Positions 23,609-35,795 of a DNA stretch of 64,000 bases are shown here, piece after piece (the first letter of the stretch is position 1; every line of letters begins with the position of its first letter). A program made the translations under genes and the position numbers. Location of the stretch: the NCBI RefSeq assembly GCF_022539665.2, contig NC_081332.1, positions 6,076,001-6,140,000 on the forward strand, in the 5' to 3' direction. This stretch comes from Daphnia carinata (taxonomy: Eukaryota). The notes beneath the pieces were generated by a model, which saw only the letters and a program-made list of their open reading frames with translations, had not been told where the DNA came from and searched no databases.

Positions 23609-26600
23609 ATGGCTTCTCATAACGGTAATGGAATCCATGGTGGAAATGATGGTTCCTCCAGAGGAGTGTATAGTGGCAGATATAGAAACAGACAACATCC
23701 AAGAGGAAATGAAAGAAGGCCAAATTTTCCAAATAATCATCCATCTTCAGTCAGTGGGCATAACACCATGGAAGGACAGCACACCCAAGAAATAGGTGAT
23801 ACAGTACCAAACACTGAAAGTTCAATTTCATCAACAGCACCCAAACCAAGACGAGGAAGGGGCTTTGCTGGAGCACCCAGAAATGCATATAGAAATCAAC
23901 CTCAAAGTCAATATCAAGTTACTGGCAATAATCCAAGGCAAGGATACACTTTAAGAGATGACTCATATTATGCACATGATCTGGGTCCCCCAAGTAGAAA
24001 TACTTCATCCCAAGATGTGAGACAACACATACAAAATGTAAACGTTGGTGGACTCCAGACCAGAAATCCCCAAAATTTATCTCAGAATGGTATGTTGAAT
24101 CTTTTAACAAGCTCATTAATGGTATTTTGTTTTCATTTAATCAGTCTTACTTCTAATATTTCTGCAGATTCAGCACAAGCTTCCGGAGGTTCGTCATATG
24201 TTGATGGGCGAGCCAATCGAATGGAAACTAGTTATGCGGAAAGGGGAGCATCAAGCAGACCAAAACAAGCCAGAGGCCCAAGAAAGCCATTCAGACCTCA
24301 GTACACAAAAGACTACGTAGAAAGGGATCGTTCTGAAAGAGCCTCTGCCGCCCCGTATAACAATTCCTCATATCCACCTGACTCTGCGTCAACATCAGTT
24401 ACCTCGGCTAGTGCCAATCTGGAACACCAACCCTTTGAAAATATTCGAAGAGAGTACTCAAAGTACGAAAACCGACCACCTTTTGAAGCCCAATATGAAG
24501 GTAGAAGTGGCAGCAGAAACACTCATGAAAAACATCGTCGAGATGAAAGGAGTGGAGGCTATGGTTCCCAAGAAAGATTTCGCAAAGGTGAAAGCAGTGG
24601 AAACTATGCTTCACGAGATCGCTACTGTCCAGAAGAGCCTAGAGTATCTACTTCAAGCAGCATAGAGCAATCGAGTTTCAATAGGCCATCTCGGATTTAT
24701 GATTCTCAAAATTGGCGGTCAGAGGGCTTCAAAAAAGGGATCTCTGCTCGTACGCAAAAAATTGGCGAGGCTATGGCTGACACTGCCATGCAACGTGAAC
24801 GTTTGACCACGCAGCTGACCAGCGGGACTTACGAATGTATGGTCTGTTGCGAATCAGTTAAGCCAGCACAAGTATGTTCTTATCTTTTTAATTCATTTAA
24901 GGCATCTTGATTACGATTGCTTGCTTTTTGTGGCATGTTTTTTCTGTTTTTTGTAGCCAATTTGGAATTGCAGTCAATGTTTTCACGCTTTCCATCTCGG
25001 TTGCGTGCGGCGTTGGTCCCGTACTTCACAAGACGGTATGTATCCACAGCTCCTTCAGTTTTGATTTAAAAGATATAATGACGATGAATATTAGTATTAA
25101 TGTGTGGACAATTTTATTAATCATAGAAAGTGGACATTGGCGTTGCCCTGGATGTCAATCGGTCAGCACGTCTCTGCCTAACTCCTATTTGTGTTTTTGC
25201 ACTAAAAGAAAGGATCCAGAATGGAACCGACGTGAAACTCCACATTCTTGCGGCGAAGTTTGTGGCAAGGCACTGGGAGATGGTGTTAGTTGCACACACT
25301 CCTGCACTCTTCTATGCCACCCAGGGCCTTGTCCAATCTGTTCGGCCCAAACCCAACGTAAATGCCCCTGTGGTAAATCGTCGCAGTTGGTTAAATGCGG
25401 ATCATCAGACGCATTACTCTGTGGTGAATTATGTGGCAAGCAACTCTCCTGTGGGCTGCATACATGCCAAGAAGCATGTCATATTGGCCCATGTAAACAG
25501 TGTCCGCTCACCGTTCAGCAAGTCTGCTTCTGTGGCCAGAGCAATAGGGAATTGCCGTGTTCTATTGAACATCCAGAAGATGAAAAATTTTCATGCGATC
25601 TTATTTGCAATAAAAAATTGAGCTGCGGAAGACACAGTTGCCAAAAAAAGTGCCACATTGGCGATTGTGGAACTTGCCAACTTGAAGTGGATGTCGTTGC
25701 TACCTGTCCTTGTGAAAAAGTTCAGTTGAAGCAGCTTTACAAAACTAAGGGAGTTGCAGAACGTAAATTTTGCACTGATCCTATTCCCGTTTGTGGGAAA
25801 GTTTGCGGCAAAATTATGACATGTGGTCCTGCAGAGAATCCGCACGTTTGCGCAGTGCTTTGTCATGGAGGTGCATGTCCGCCTTGTCCGCTTTCAACAG
25901 ATCTGCGTTGCCGGTGTGGCCGGAACGAGAAAAAATTCCCATGTCGGAAACTAAGTGAAATAGAAGAAGTTTTATGCGAACGACGTTGCAACAAAAAGCG
26001 CCAATGTGGACGGTAATACATTTCTTTCTTTTGTTTTTCTTTCTTTCTTTCTTAATTTCGTTAACTTGTCTTCGTACTATTTGAACAGACATAAGTGTAC
26101 CCAAGTTTGCTGCATTGACACGGAGCACATCTGCCCAATGGTTTGCGGTCGTACGCTCAGTTGTGGTCTTCACCGATGTGAGGCTTTATGTCACGCTGGT
26201 AACTGCAATCGCTGTCATCAAGTGTCTTTCGACGAACTGAGGTGCCACTGTGGAACTCAGGTGGTGTATCCACCGGTACCCTGTGGAACACGCCCGCCCG
26301 ACTGCAACAAACCGTGCACCAGAGTGCGTCCGTGTGGTCATTCTCCATCTCACAACTGCCATCCAGACGCTAATGGCTGCCCTCCGTGTACTACTTTATG
26401 CGAAAAGTTTTGTTATGGGAAACACGAGAAAAGGAAGAATATCCCGTGCCATTTAACTGAGGTGAGTTGTGGAAAGCCTTGTGGGCGCCCCATGAAATGT
26501 GGTAAACACACATGCCCCGTCATCTGTCATCCCGGTCCATGTCCGTCTACTTGCACGCAACCGTGCCCAGTCCAACGAACTGACTGTGATCATACTTGCG

Positions 26601-27629
26601 GCTTACCATGCCACGAAGGAAATTGCCCAGGGACGCCTTGCCGTGAAAAAATTAAAGTTCAGTGTCAGGTATGTAATCTCTTCAATTGACTAGAATAAGT
26701 TTTGAAATCATAACTATCTGAAAGTTTTCCTTTTTTAGTGTGGTCAGCGTACAGCTACTGTGTCTTGTGAAGAAAACGAGCTTTCTTACCGGAAAATGGC
26801 AACGGGGCTGTTGGCATCTAAGATGGCCCAGTTGCAGTCTGGCGAGTGTGTTGACCTTAAAGATCTATTGGGCAAGAGCGCCGCTAATAAGACAAAGAGT
26901 CTGGAATGCAACGAAGAGTGTGCTCTAGTGGAGCGAAACCGACGTCTGGCACTGGCGTTACAGATTAAGAACCCCAATCCAAAACCGGGCGCCCCGCCTT
27001 ATCCTGATTCGCTAAAAGAGTGGGCCAAGAAAGACCAGCGCTTTGTGCAAATGGTACACGACAAATTGACCGAATTAGTCCAACTGGCAAAGCAATCAGT
27101 CGGAAAAATGAAAAGCCGGAGCCATTCGTTCGACTCGATGAATCGCGACAAACGTCAGTTCATCCACGAATACTGTGTTTTCTTCGGTTGTGAATCTATG
27201 TAAGAACCGTTTGGGGGTGTTGTTTAGAAAACAGATATTTTAACTTGGTATTTTTTTTATAGGTCTTATGACGACGAACCGAAACGTAACGTTGTAGCCA
27301 CAGCTTTTGGAGAATTGTCGTTCTTGCCCGCTATCAGCATCTTAGATGTTACACGTCGCGAACTGGGGCAGCGTAAAATGCCTGCGCCACCTCGAGGTCT
27401 TACTGTTCTCACTTCAGGTCAACAGCAGCAGCAGCAACAAGTGCCTCAACCGCCACAGAAGCCACCAAATGCATGGGGAAGTGGTGGTTCCGCTGCGCCG
27501 TTTAGAACCTTGTCTGATGTCGTTAAAAGCACTCCAGCACCCAATAATGCAACAGAATCGCCTGCCCCGGACAAGACATCTCAAGATACTAAGCCACCTG
27601 TGGTTGATTATTTTGATTTTACTTCATAA
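23609..27629 (+). CDS. NFX1: NF-X1-type zinc finger protein (shuttle craft / NFX1) with RING/PHD, NF-X1 repeats and R3H
   Basis: Low-complexity N-terminus; YECMVCCE...WNCSQCFHAFHLGC...WRCPGCQ; PHSCGEVC; repeated LSCGxHxCxxxCHxGxC; LECNEECALVERNRRLALALQI; R3H motif MNRDKRQFIHEYC...SYDDEPKRNVVA; C-terminal VVDYFDFTS. Confidence 0.93.
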
Positions 27630-27858
27630 GAATCACGCAGGTGTTTTCTGAGTTCCTTAAAATTCACAGGTGTATGGTACATTTCCTTATGAGAAGTTAA
27701 ATTAAAATGCGCTTTGGAAGTTCATATTCCAGTAATTTTGACAGTTGGATCAATATTTGGAAACATCATATGATCGTCTTCGTATCATACAACATTAGCA
27801 AGGATGTGTTTGTACTTCTTTTTCATTTGCAGGGCGTAGTTTCATTTGGAAATTACTG

Positions 27859-29161
27859 TTATGTTTCAGGAACTAAATGCGTGACCAGAACGGAAGAAAC
27901 TACTGCTACGTCAGCTGGGTGAGCCCCCGTTCGGGTGTAGAGTTCTTTCATAACATTGGCGGCGGCGTTTTCTTGTACTAAAAATGTTGCAGCTGAAATT
28001 GCTCCGGCAGCTAGCAGAACCTTGTCACATTGCACTTGGTTGAAATCGCGAAAATTTCGCCGATGGCTGCTGTAAAAGTACAATCAGGTTTTAGTAACTG
28101 TAACAAACAAATTATTTTCCCAAACTACCACATGACTCTTTCTTTTTGGGTTTCAGTAGGTAGGCCCGCCACTATTTGTCGCACAATCAACTGCTGATCA
28201 AAGTAAATAGCGCGTATAAATTCCAGAGATATTTCGTGGATCTCATCCACTGCCGCTAACAATTGTGAAGATTTGACCGTTACTGGTTTCCTTTTTAGAA
28301 CCAAAATTAACTGACAGATGAACGTATCCACATAATCACTGATGGGTGGATAGCTAACCTAAGAAATGTTTAATGAATGGTTAAGAAAAGGTGCACACAT
28401 TAGAGATTCTGTTATTTAATACTACGTCGTATTTAAGTGTAACAAGAACAAGAATTTCGGAATTCACAATCGTTGAACGATCACAAGGTCTCTGGGACTG
28501 GCGGAGTAGCATGGCTGCATCCGTCACTGTTACCAACTGCAGACATAGTAATATCTGTAAAACATTTTGAACCTTATAACGAATTCTAACAAACCAACCT
28601 TGTACCCATTTTCCAATTTTGAGGCAATCTGAAGGCACGATACCAGATGTAATAATGACTGATGTCTCATTTCCGTACAAAATTCTTGCCATCGCATTTT
28701 GCAAGACGTCTTTAGGGTTTTGGATCCATCGATTGCAGTTTTCGGATAGAGGCTTTGACAGCAATATGACAGGGCGAATCGCTCATAGATTTCAACGGTT
28801 CGGTATGAAACTCCAGTAGGTTGTTTAAGCTGTTGGCACCATTTGAAAGCAACATCAAAGACGAATGGTGGTGTTAGATGGTCCACCGGCTGCCATAATG
28901 AGCCCAAATCAATTGGGAAAGTTTCATACCATGAACTTGCCTTGTCATTGTACCATCGTAAATGTTTCAACCATTCCTCAAAAGAAGCATCTTGAGTGAT
29001 TACGGCCAGTATTATTTCACCAACAGTTAACATATGTGGTAATTTTTAAAATATTTATATTACCTACCTAGAAAACAGGAATCCCAGTGTGCTTCAAAAC
29101 TGGAAACAGAATGCTGTTCTTCAATATTTGGCTGCTTTAGTGGTATCAAAGTTTGTTCCAT
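27859..29161 (-). CDS. CNTD1: cyclin N-terminal domain-containing protein 1 (CNTD1/COSA-1-like meiotic crossover factor), multi-exon
   Basis: Cyclin-box-like VSYRTVEIYERF, QSLLHLVSCLQIASKL, VNSEILVLVTLKY, and C-terminal DKVLLAAGAISAATFLV. These match the CNTD1 pattern as I recall it. ATG at 29161 is inferred. Confidence 0.72.
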
Positions 29162-29540
29162 TTTTCACTGCTGACAGAATCAGGTCACTAGACACATTTG
29201 CAGAAACAAATATCACGAGTTCGGTGTTTCAGTGAACGTGGCAAAACGTTTGCCGCTTGCTCGCAAACGACACTTGGTACTGCTACTTTGTTATGTTTTA
29301 TATCGTATGGAAAATTTGAGTTTCCACGTTTCTTGGTTGTTATGATTGGTAATTTGTCGATTGCCGCAGCCCGGCTCAGTTCAAACTTGAACGTTACTAG
29401 CAAATAAAAACAAACCAAGTGTCGTCTGCACTACAACTTTGAAATCGAAGTACTTGCTAGCGCGCCAGTACGCTACAGCTCTAGCGTGACACATAACACA
29501 CAGCTCTTTGATTTTCTTAAATAATCAACAAACATATGGC

Positions 29541-29770
29541 TATGGCAATCCGTTTTACATAAAAAAAAAAAAATGGCGGAAAAAAAAATGGCGAAAAAAA
29601 AAATCGCACTTTTTTCTTTTTTTCCGACACGTAGTCATCTACCGCTCAGACTCGTTATTACTTATGGCAATCCGTTTTACATAAAAAAAAAAAAAATGGC
29701 GGGAAAAAAAAAATCGCACTTTTTTCTCTTTTTTCTACCCGTAGCCATCTATCAGTCGGTTTCGTTATTA
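29541..29770 (+). repeat. tandem duplication of a ~120 bp unit in the left arm
   Basis: tatggcaatccgttttacataaaaa...atggcg...atcgcactttttt...cgtag[t/c]catct...tcgttattac occurs at 29541 and 29663. The right arm has a single inverted copy (34537-34626). Confidence 0.85.
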
Positions 29771-29866
29771 CAGGCATGTAAGCAATTTGAGTTAATTGTA
29801 TACCATTAGCAGTTAATTGAGTAGCGTGGCTGGAGAACAACGCGTGGCTGGAGGAACAATTGAAAA

Positions 29867-30960
29867 ATGGATAAGATAATAAAACAAAAAAATGGTAAGT
29901 ATAAACATTATTATATTGGTTTTCAATTATTAAGTATTGTTTATTAGATCAAATTATGAAGCTGCAGGCCCAGTTATTGGAACAACACAAAATATTAGAT
30001 AACAAAGCTAAGGATCGTAGGCCTAACACGTAATGATTCTATTTATTTGCTTTTATTCATTCGTGTTTTGTAGCTCAAATTTTGAGTCTTCAAGCTCAGC
30101 TAGGGGAAAAGAACAAATTGGAACGGAACAGTTTCCAAACAGTGAAGGAGGTTTTTCAAAACTCATTTCTAACTGAACGTAAGGATGAGTTGGCATTAGG
30201 CGAACACAGCCAGGTACCTAAAGTTTTCAAATAAGAATTCAAAATAAGTATAGAATTTTAAAAAACAATTATTTATTGCTTAGTTATTCAGTCCACCACC
30301 TGACAGTGTGTTAAATTTAAATTCTGTTAGTGCTGCACTAAAAGAATCGTTAGTAATAAGCTCATGCAGTGAAGGAACTGAACAATTGTGGGAACGTATT
30401 TGGGCCGAAAATGGGTGTGGTACAGAAACCCAGAAATGGCACAAGTTCAACATGAAACATGGATTAGGTACTTTTCGGTTTTTGTCTATTGAAAAAGTAT
30501 TTTTAATGCTATTATTTTGCATTCACAGATTTTAACGGGGGATCAAATCAAGTCTGGAAGTGTTACAGGATGGAAGAGTGAGCTAACAGATGAAAAAACA
30601 CGGAGAGTGCATTACCGTAAGGTGTGAGGTAAATTAATAGAGTAATGCAAATTGCCTAATGAGAAGTACCATCTTGTGTTAATGAATCCAGTACAACAGC
30701 AATCCTTTATAGTTCTGTCACAGCTAGAAGCCTCAAATAATTCTGCTTCTCTGTCTAAAGAACAACTTGTCCTTTACGTTCAGAGTGTTGGGGAAACTGG
30801 GTACTTAAATGGCCCTAAAGATGTTTTAATTTTGCTGCTATTGCAGAGATGAACATCATACATGGACTCTTTAGGTATGAAAGGATTTTTCTTCAAATAA
30901 TTTTGAATTTATGACGAAGAATTTCTCCTCCTTTTGCCAACCAGGTCTTATCTACCAAAA
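29867..30960 (+). pseudogene. degenerate multi-exon gene fragment in the left arm (mirror copy at ~33350-34440 on the minus strand)
   Basis: Series of GT-AG-bounded open segments (QIMKLQAQLLEQH, QILSLQAQLGEKNKLE..., LFSPPPDSVLNL...) separated by ~60-80 nt AT-rich introns, but with phase breaks and stops. No recognisable domain. Confidence 0.45.
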
Positions 30961-32001
30961 AAAATTTTATCCAATAGGAAAGGATTTTCATGTACTGGGA
31001 ACACAACTATCAACAATGCAACATTCTACAAGTGCTAGTTTATCATTCAAGAGCCTTATACAATGAAGTTAATCTGCAATTTGTATGTCCTTTCCCAAGC
31101 TTCCACCAGAAGTTGAATCTATGAGTCATGTAAGTTCCATGATCAACAATTGATGTGTTTAACGGTGTTGTTTTTCTTTTCACAATATAGGTTAATAGTA
31201 ACATTGGATCTGAAAAGATTCTTGGTTGGGGCAAGACACTGAATAAATTGTATTGATTGGATGGATGACATGACATTTCTATACTTAATTCGGATTCCCC
31301 AGACGGTATTTGATATTTAAAAAATTGAAGTGCATATCTGGGCTCCCTTCTTTTCTGAAGCCCCGTTTCCCCTTGACTCATAATAAGCCCGTAGGGGGTC
31401 ATGCCCCTACTGTACGGTATATATAAAAACAACATATACCGAGGTTTGGAGGGCTCTGGCCGGAAAGGGGACGTGGGGTGCCGCTTCGTCCGATGATGTG
31501 TTCACGGAGGGTGACGTGGCTGCCCACAAATCCGAACTAAAGGTTAATCGCTCCTGTAAAAATGTTCCAAATCTTCAGCTCTTCTTCCGGCTTCTCTTAG
31601 CCAATCACCGGGTAATCTCCCCGGTGGGTCAACAAGGCAGTGTCTCCCCCTGCCTGGGTTGACGGCAACTTTTGAAAGGGCTATTGTGCCTTTTTAAAGT
31701 TGCAAAAATAATTGTAATGTGCAGAGAATTGTCAATAAATTTTTTTTTATAAAATGTTTTTTGCAAAATTTTTTTCTTTCATTGTCTGTGTTCGCTTTGT
31801 TCACACATTACATTTATCAACTTTTTTTTTAATTTAGCTTGCTCAGTTCATTTTTATGGTTTTTGCCACCGTTGTATCGCTTATCTGTTAGTATTCAATT
31901 AGTATTTATTACACTTCTTGAATTCTTGAACTTAGACAAGGAACAACGTGTAATACCTGGATAATTTCTGAAGTAATTTTATACTTGTATATTGTTTTAC
32001 T

Positions 32002-32064
32002 GGTATGGGAATCGATCCCCAGACATTCAGCGTGCAACGCCGATGCTCTAACATTGAGCCACGA
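32002..32064 (-). pseudogene. tRNA-derived sequence (Ala-TGC-like), no acceptor stem
   Basis: Reverse complement: tgGCTCaatgttaGAGCaTCGGC-gtTGCac-GCTGA...gggatcgattccc, giving a D arm, an anticodon arm and a degenerate B box. Confidence 0.55.
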
Positions 32065-32174
32065 GATATATCTTTCATATTATTTCTATTATCGCATATC
32101 ATATGTTATAGTCTAGGATGTTTATGTAGTCTTTCACAAGTATATATTTATCTTTTTATAGCTTTCATAAGGTT

Positions 32175-32237
32175 CATAGCTCTGTGGTAGATCATTCAGC
32201 TGCGGTAACTGTTACCCTGGGTTCAAACCTAAGTAGA
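32175..32237 (+). pseudogene. degenerate tRNA-like sequence with A and B boxes
   Basis: TAGCTCTGTGG (A-box-like) and GGTTCAAACC (B-box-like) at tRNA-like spacing. Confidence 0.4.
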
Positions 32238-32326
32238 TGTATAATGATCTACGTTTCAATTTTATTCAAAGTGTAAATGCAAGTCCGCAAGTGACTAGAA
32301 AAAAGCTAACCTGACATCATATGATT

Positions 32327-32390
32327 CATGGCTCATTGGTATAGCATCGGCGCGGTATGCCGAACATCCAGGGTTCGATCCCTGGATAAT
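32327..32390 (+). pseudogene. tRNA-derived sequence, diverged inverted counterpart of 32002-32064
   Basis: A box TGGCTCATTGG, anticodon arm TCGGC-gcGGTat-GCCGA, T arm ATCCAGGG-ttcgat-CCCTGGAT with a canonical B box. No acceptor stem. Confidence 0.6.
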
Positions 32391-34624
32391 AATTGAATGC
32401 TTCCAGATAAACTATGCTTACAGGAAACAATGCTTACCATTAAACGTGACATAAACAATAAAGGCGAAAGAAAGATGTGAGAAAGCTAAATAAAAAAAGA
32501 TGATAAATGTAATGTGTGAAAACAGAAAGTGAAAGAAACAAAATTTGCAAAAAAATTTTATAAAACAAATTTATTGACAATTCTCTGCACATTACAATTA
32601 TTTTTGCAACTTTAAAAAGGCACAATAGCCCTTTCAAAAGTTGCCGTCAACCCAGGCAGGGGGAGACACTGCCTTGTTGACCCACCGGGGAGATTACCCG
32701 GTGATTGGCTAAGAGAAGCCGGAAGAAGAGCTGAAGATTTGGAACATTTTTACAGGAGCGATTAACCTTTAGTTCGGATTTGTGGGCAGCCACGTCACCC
32801 TCCGTGAACACATCATCGGACGAAGCGGCACCCCACGTCCCCTTTCCGGCCAGAGCCCTCCAAACCTCGGTATATGTTGTTTTTATATATACCGTACAGT
32901 AGGGGCGTGACCCCCTACGGGCTTATTATGAGTCAAGGGGAAACGGGGCTACGGAAAGGAAGGAAGCCCAGATATGCACTTCAATTTTTTAAATATCAAA
33001 TACCATCTGGGGAATCCGAATTAAGTATAGAAATGTCATGTCATCCATCCAATCAATACAATTTATTCAGTGTCTTGCCCCAACCAAGAATCTTTTCAGA
33101 TCCAATGTTACTATTAACCTATGCTGAGAAAAGAAAAACACCATTAAGCATCTCAATTGTTGCTCATGTGACTTACATGACTCACAGATTCAATTTCTGG
33201 CAGAAGCTTGGGAAAGGCCATACAAATTGCAGATGAAAATCATTGTATAAGGCTCTTGAATGATAAAATAGCACCCATAGAATGTTGCATTGTTGATAGT
33301 TGTGTTCCCAGTATGCTGAAAATCCTTTCCTATTGGATAAATTTTTTTTTAGATTAGACATGGTTGGCAAAAAGCAGGAGAAATGCTTTGTCATAAATTC
33401 AAAAAATTTTCAAGAAAATTCCTTTCATACCTAAAAAGTCCATGTATGATGTTCATCGCTGCAATGCCAGCGAAATGAAACATCTTTAGGGCCATTTAAG
33501 TACCCAGCTTCACCAACACTCTGAACGTAAAGGACAAGTTGTTCTTTAGCAAGAGAAGCAGAATTATTTGAGGCTTCTAGCTGTGACAGAACTATAAAGG
33601 ATTGCTGTTACACAGGATTCATTCACACAAGATGGTACTTCTCATTAGACAATTTGCATACTCTATTACTTTACCTCACACCTTAATGGTAATGAACTTT
33701 CAATGTTTTTCAACGGTAGGCTCACTCTTCCCTCCTGTAACACTTCCAGACTTGACTTGATCCCCCGCTAAAATTCTGTGAATGCAAAATAATAGCATTA
33801 AAAATACTTTTTCGATAGACAAAAAACTGAAAAATACCTAATTCATGTTTTATGTTGAACTCGTGCTATTTCTGGGTTTCCGTACCACACCCATTTTAAG
33901 CCCAAATACGGTCCCACAATTGTTCACTTCCTTCGCTGCATGGAATTATTACTAACAATTCTTTTAGTGCAGCACTAACAGAATTTAACTTTAACACACT
34001 GTCAGGTGGTAGACTGAATAACTAAACAAGAAATAATTGTTTGTTAAAATTCTATACTTATTTTGAATTCTTATTTGAAAAGTTTAGGTACCTGACTGTG
34101 TTCGCCTAATGCCAATTCATCCTCATGTTCAGTTAGGGATGAGTTTGGAAAAACCTCCTTCACTGTTTGGAAACTGTTCCGTTCCAATTTGTTCTTTTCC
34201 CCTACTGAGCTTGTAGACTCAAAATTTGAGCTACAAAACACAAATGAATAAAAGCAAATAAATAGAATCACTACGTATTAGGCCTTACCATCCTTAGCTT
34301 TGCTGTTATCTAATATTTTGTGTTGTTCCAATAATTGGGCCTGCAGCTTCATAATTTGATCTAATAAGCAATAATTAATAATTGAAAACCAATATAACAA
34401 TGTTTATACTTACCATCCTTTCGTTGTATTATCTTATCCATTTTTCAATTGTTCCTCCAGCCACGCGTTATTCTCTCCATCCACGCTACAGAACTAACTG
34501 CGAATGGCATCCAATGGACTGAAATTGCCTACGCCAGTAATAACGAGTCTGAGCGGTAGATGGCTACGTGTCGGAAAAAAGAAAAAAGTGTGATTTTTTT
34601 TTTTTTTGTGTAAAACGGATTGCC

Positions 34625-35655
34625 ATAAACTATATATGATTCACATTCAAAATTTTTAACGAGAATCCCAAAAATGAATTTTTTTTGTCGTAGAATTTAT
34701 GGATTTTGAATAATCTAAAATTAAAAGGAGTTGCGATCGAAATAAAAAAAAAAAAAAACTTTATTTTCCTGATAAGCATTCCATTCTGCATCGAAATCAT
34801 GTATTTTAAGCCAAATTTGAAATTGGGCCAAAAATAAAATTCAATTTTCGTCAACTTCTAAATTTGGTTAAAAATACATTATTTTTATTCGAAATTGATC
34901 GCTGATCACGAAAATAGCGTATATTTAATGTTGGACTTATAGTTTTTGAATTAACCGTAAAAAACTAAAAGTCGGCCTTATTTTGTCGGGCTTAAAATTT
35001 TTTTCCTATTTAATTAATAATATCATTAAATTTAGATAACTATATATGATTCTGATTCAAAATTTAACGAGGAACACGAAAATCAAATTTGTTTTTAAGC
35101 AGAGTTTATAGTTTTTGAATAATCAAAGAAGTCTTATGTGTCACGTTAGCGCTGTAGCGTACTGGCGGGCTAGTAATGGTTTCGATTCGCCCCTAATTTT
35201 ATATTTTAGATTATTCAAAAACCTTCCCACTTTTTCAATTTTCGTCAAATTCTAGATTTACTTAAAAATACATTAATCCGATTCCAAATTCATCGCTGAT
35301 CAAGAAAATCGGGTTTATTTTGACGTTGGACTTATAGATTTTGAATTAACCGTCAAAAACCAAAAATTAAGTTAGTGCGCTAACAGCAGTTTTTCTTATA
35401 CTTAAAAAATGAATGCTTTAAGGACAAAATAAATGGCTGATTCGAAATCAGCGTTCAATTTTGGTTATAGCTTGTGATTATCGTCTAATTCCAAGAGATG
35501 TTGCTTTTTGATGATTTTTGTAAAAATGCGAAGGCTATAGCCTTCTCACTTTTTCAATTTTTGTCAAATTCTAGATTTAGTTTAAAATACATCCTTCCGA
35601 TTCGAAATTAATCGCTGATCACGAAAATCGGGTTTATTTTGACATTGGGCTTAAT
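34625..35655. repeat. cluster of diverged AT-rich direct repeats
   Basis: ttcaattttcgtcaa...aaaaatacat...atcgctgatcacgaaaat...ttggacttatag recurs at ~34840, ~35233 and ~35552. aactatatatgattc...ttcaaaattt..aacgag recurs at ~34627 and ~35038. Confidence 0.8.
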
Positions 35656-35795
35656 CAAATGAAAGAAAGCGAAGGAAATGACCGTGGGAATTTTGCCTCA
35701 AAAACCTGCAAAACCTGCCACTCATTGGAATTGGTTAAATATCACCGAATATACTCTCCGAGAGAATTGTTCTTTTTTTTTTATTAAAACAACCA

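Larger units (their letters stand above)
29441..35188. mobile_element. ~5.7 kb imperfect palindrome (foldback, or head-to-head non-autonomous elements)
   Basis: Arms 29541-~31830 and ~32490-34626 are reverse complements (mirror ORFs 31043..31435 minus and 32874..33236 plus). An outer inverted motif at 29441-29500 and 35130-35188 (ctagcgcgccagtacgctacagctctagcgtgacacataa) brackets the whole. No transposase ORF seen. Confidence 0.8.

Noticed and set aside
31485..31545. CCGATGA...CCGAAC as a hammerhead ribozyme core
   Set aside because: It deviates from CUGANGA and GAAA, and I could not build stems I and III around it.
31440..31680. GC-rich structured block as telomerase RNA
   Set aside because: No template of about 1.5 TTAGG repeats on either strand; the best match is only TAACCT.
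32002..32390. Functional tRNA genes
   Set aside because: Acceptor stems cannot be formed, so they are reported as tRNA-derived only.
31043..33236. Mirror ORFs 31043..31435 and 32874..33236 as a real protein pair
   Set aside because: Their similarity follows from the DNA palindrome. They start with non-ATG codons and show no recognisable domain.
34625..35655. CRISPR-like array
   Set aside because: The repeats are long, degenerate and irregularly spaced, the context is eukaryotic, and there are no cas genes.
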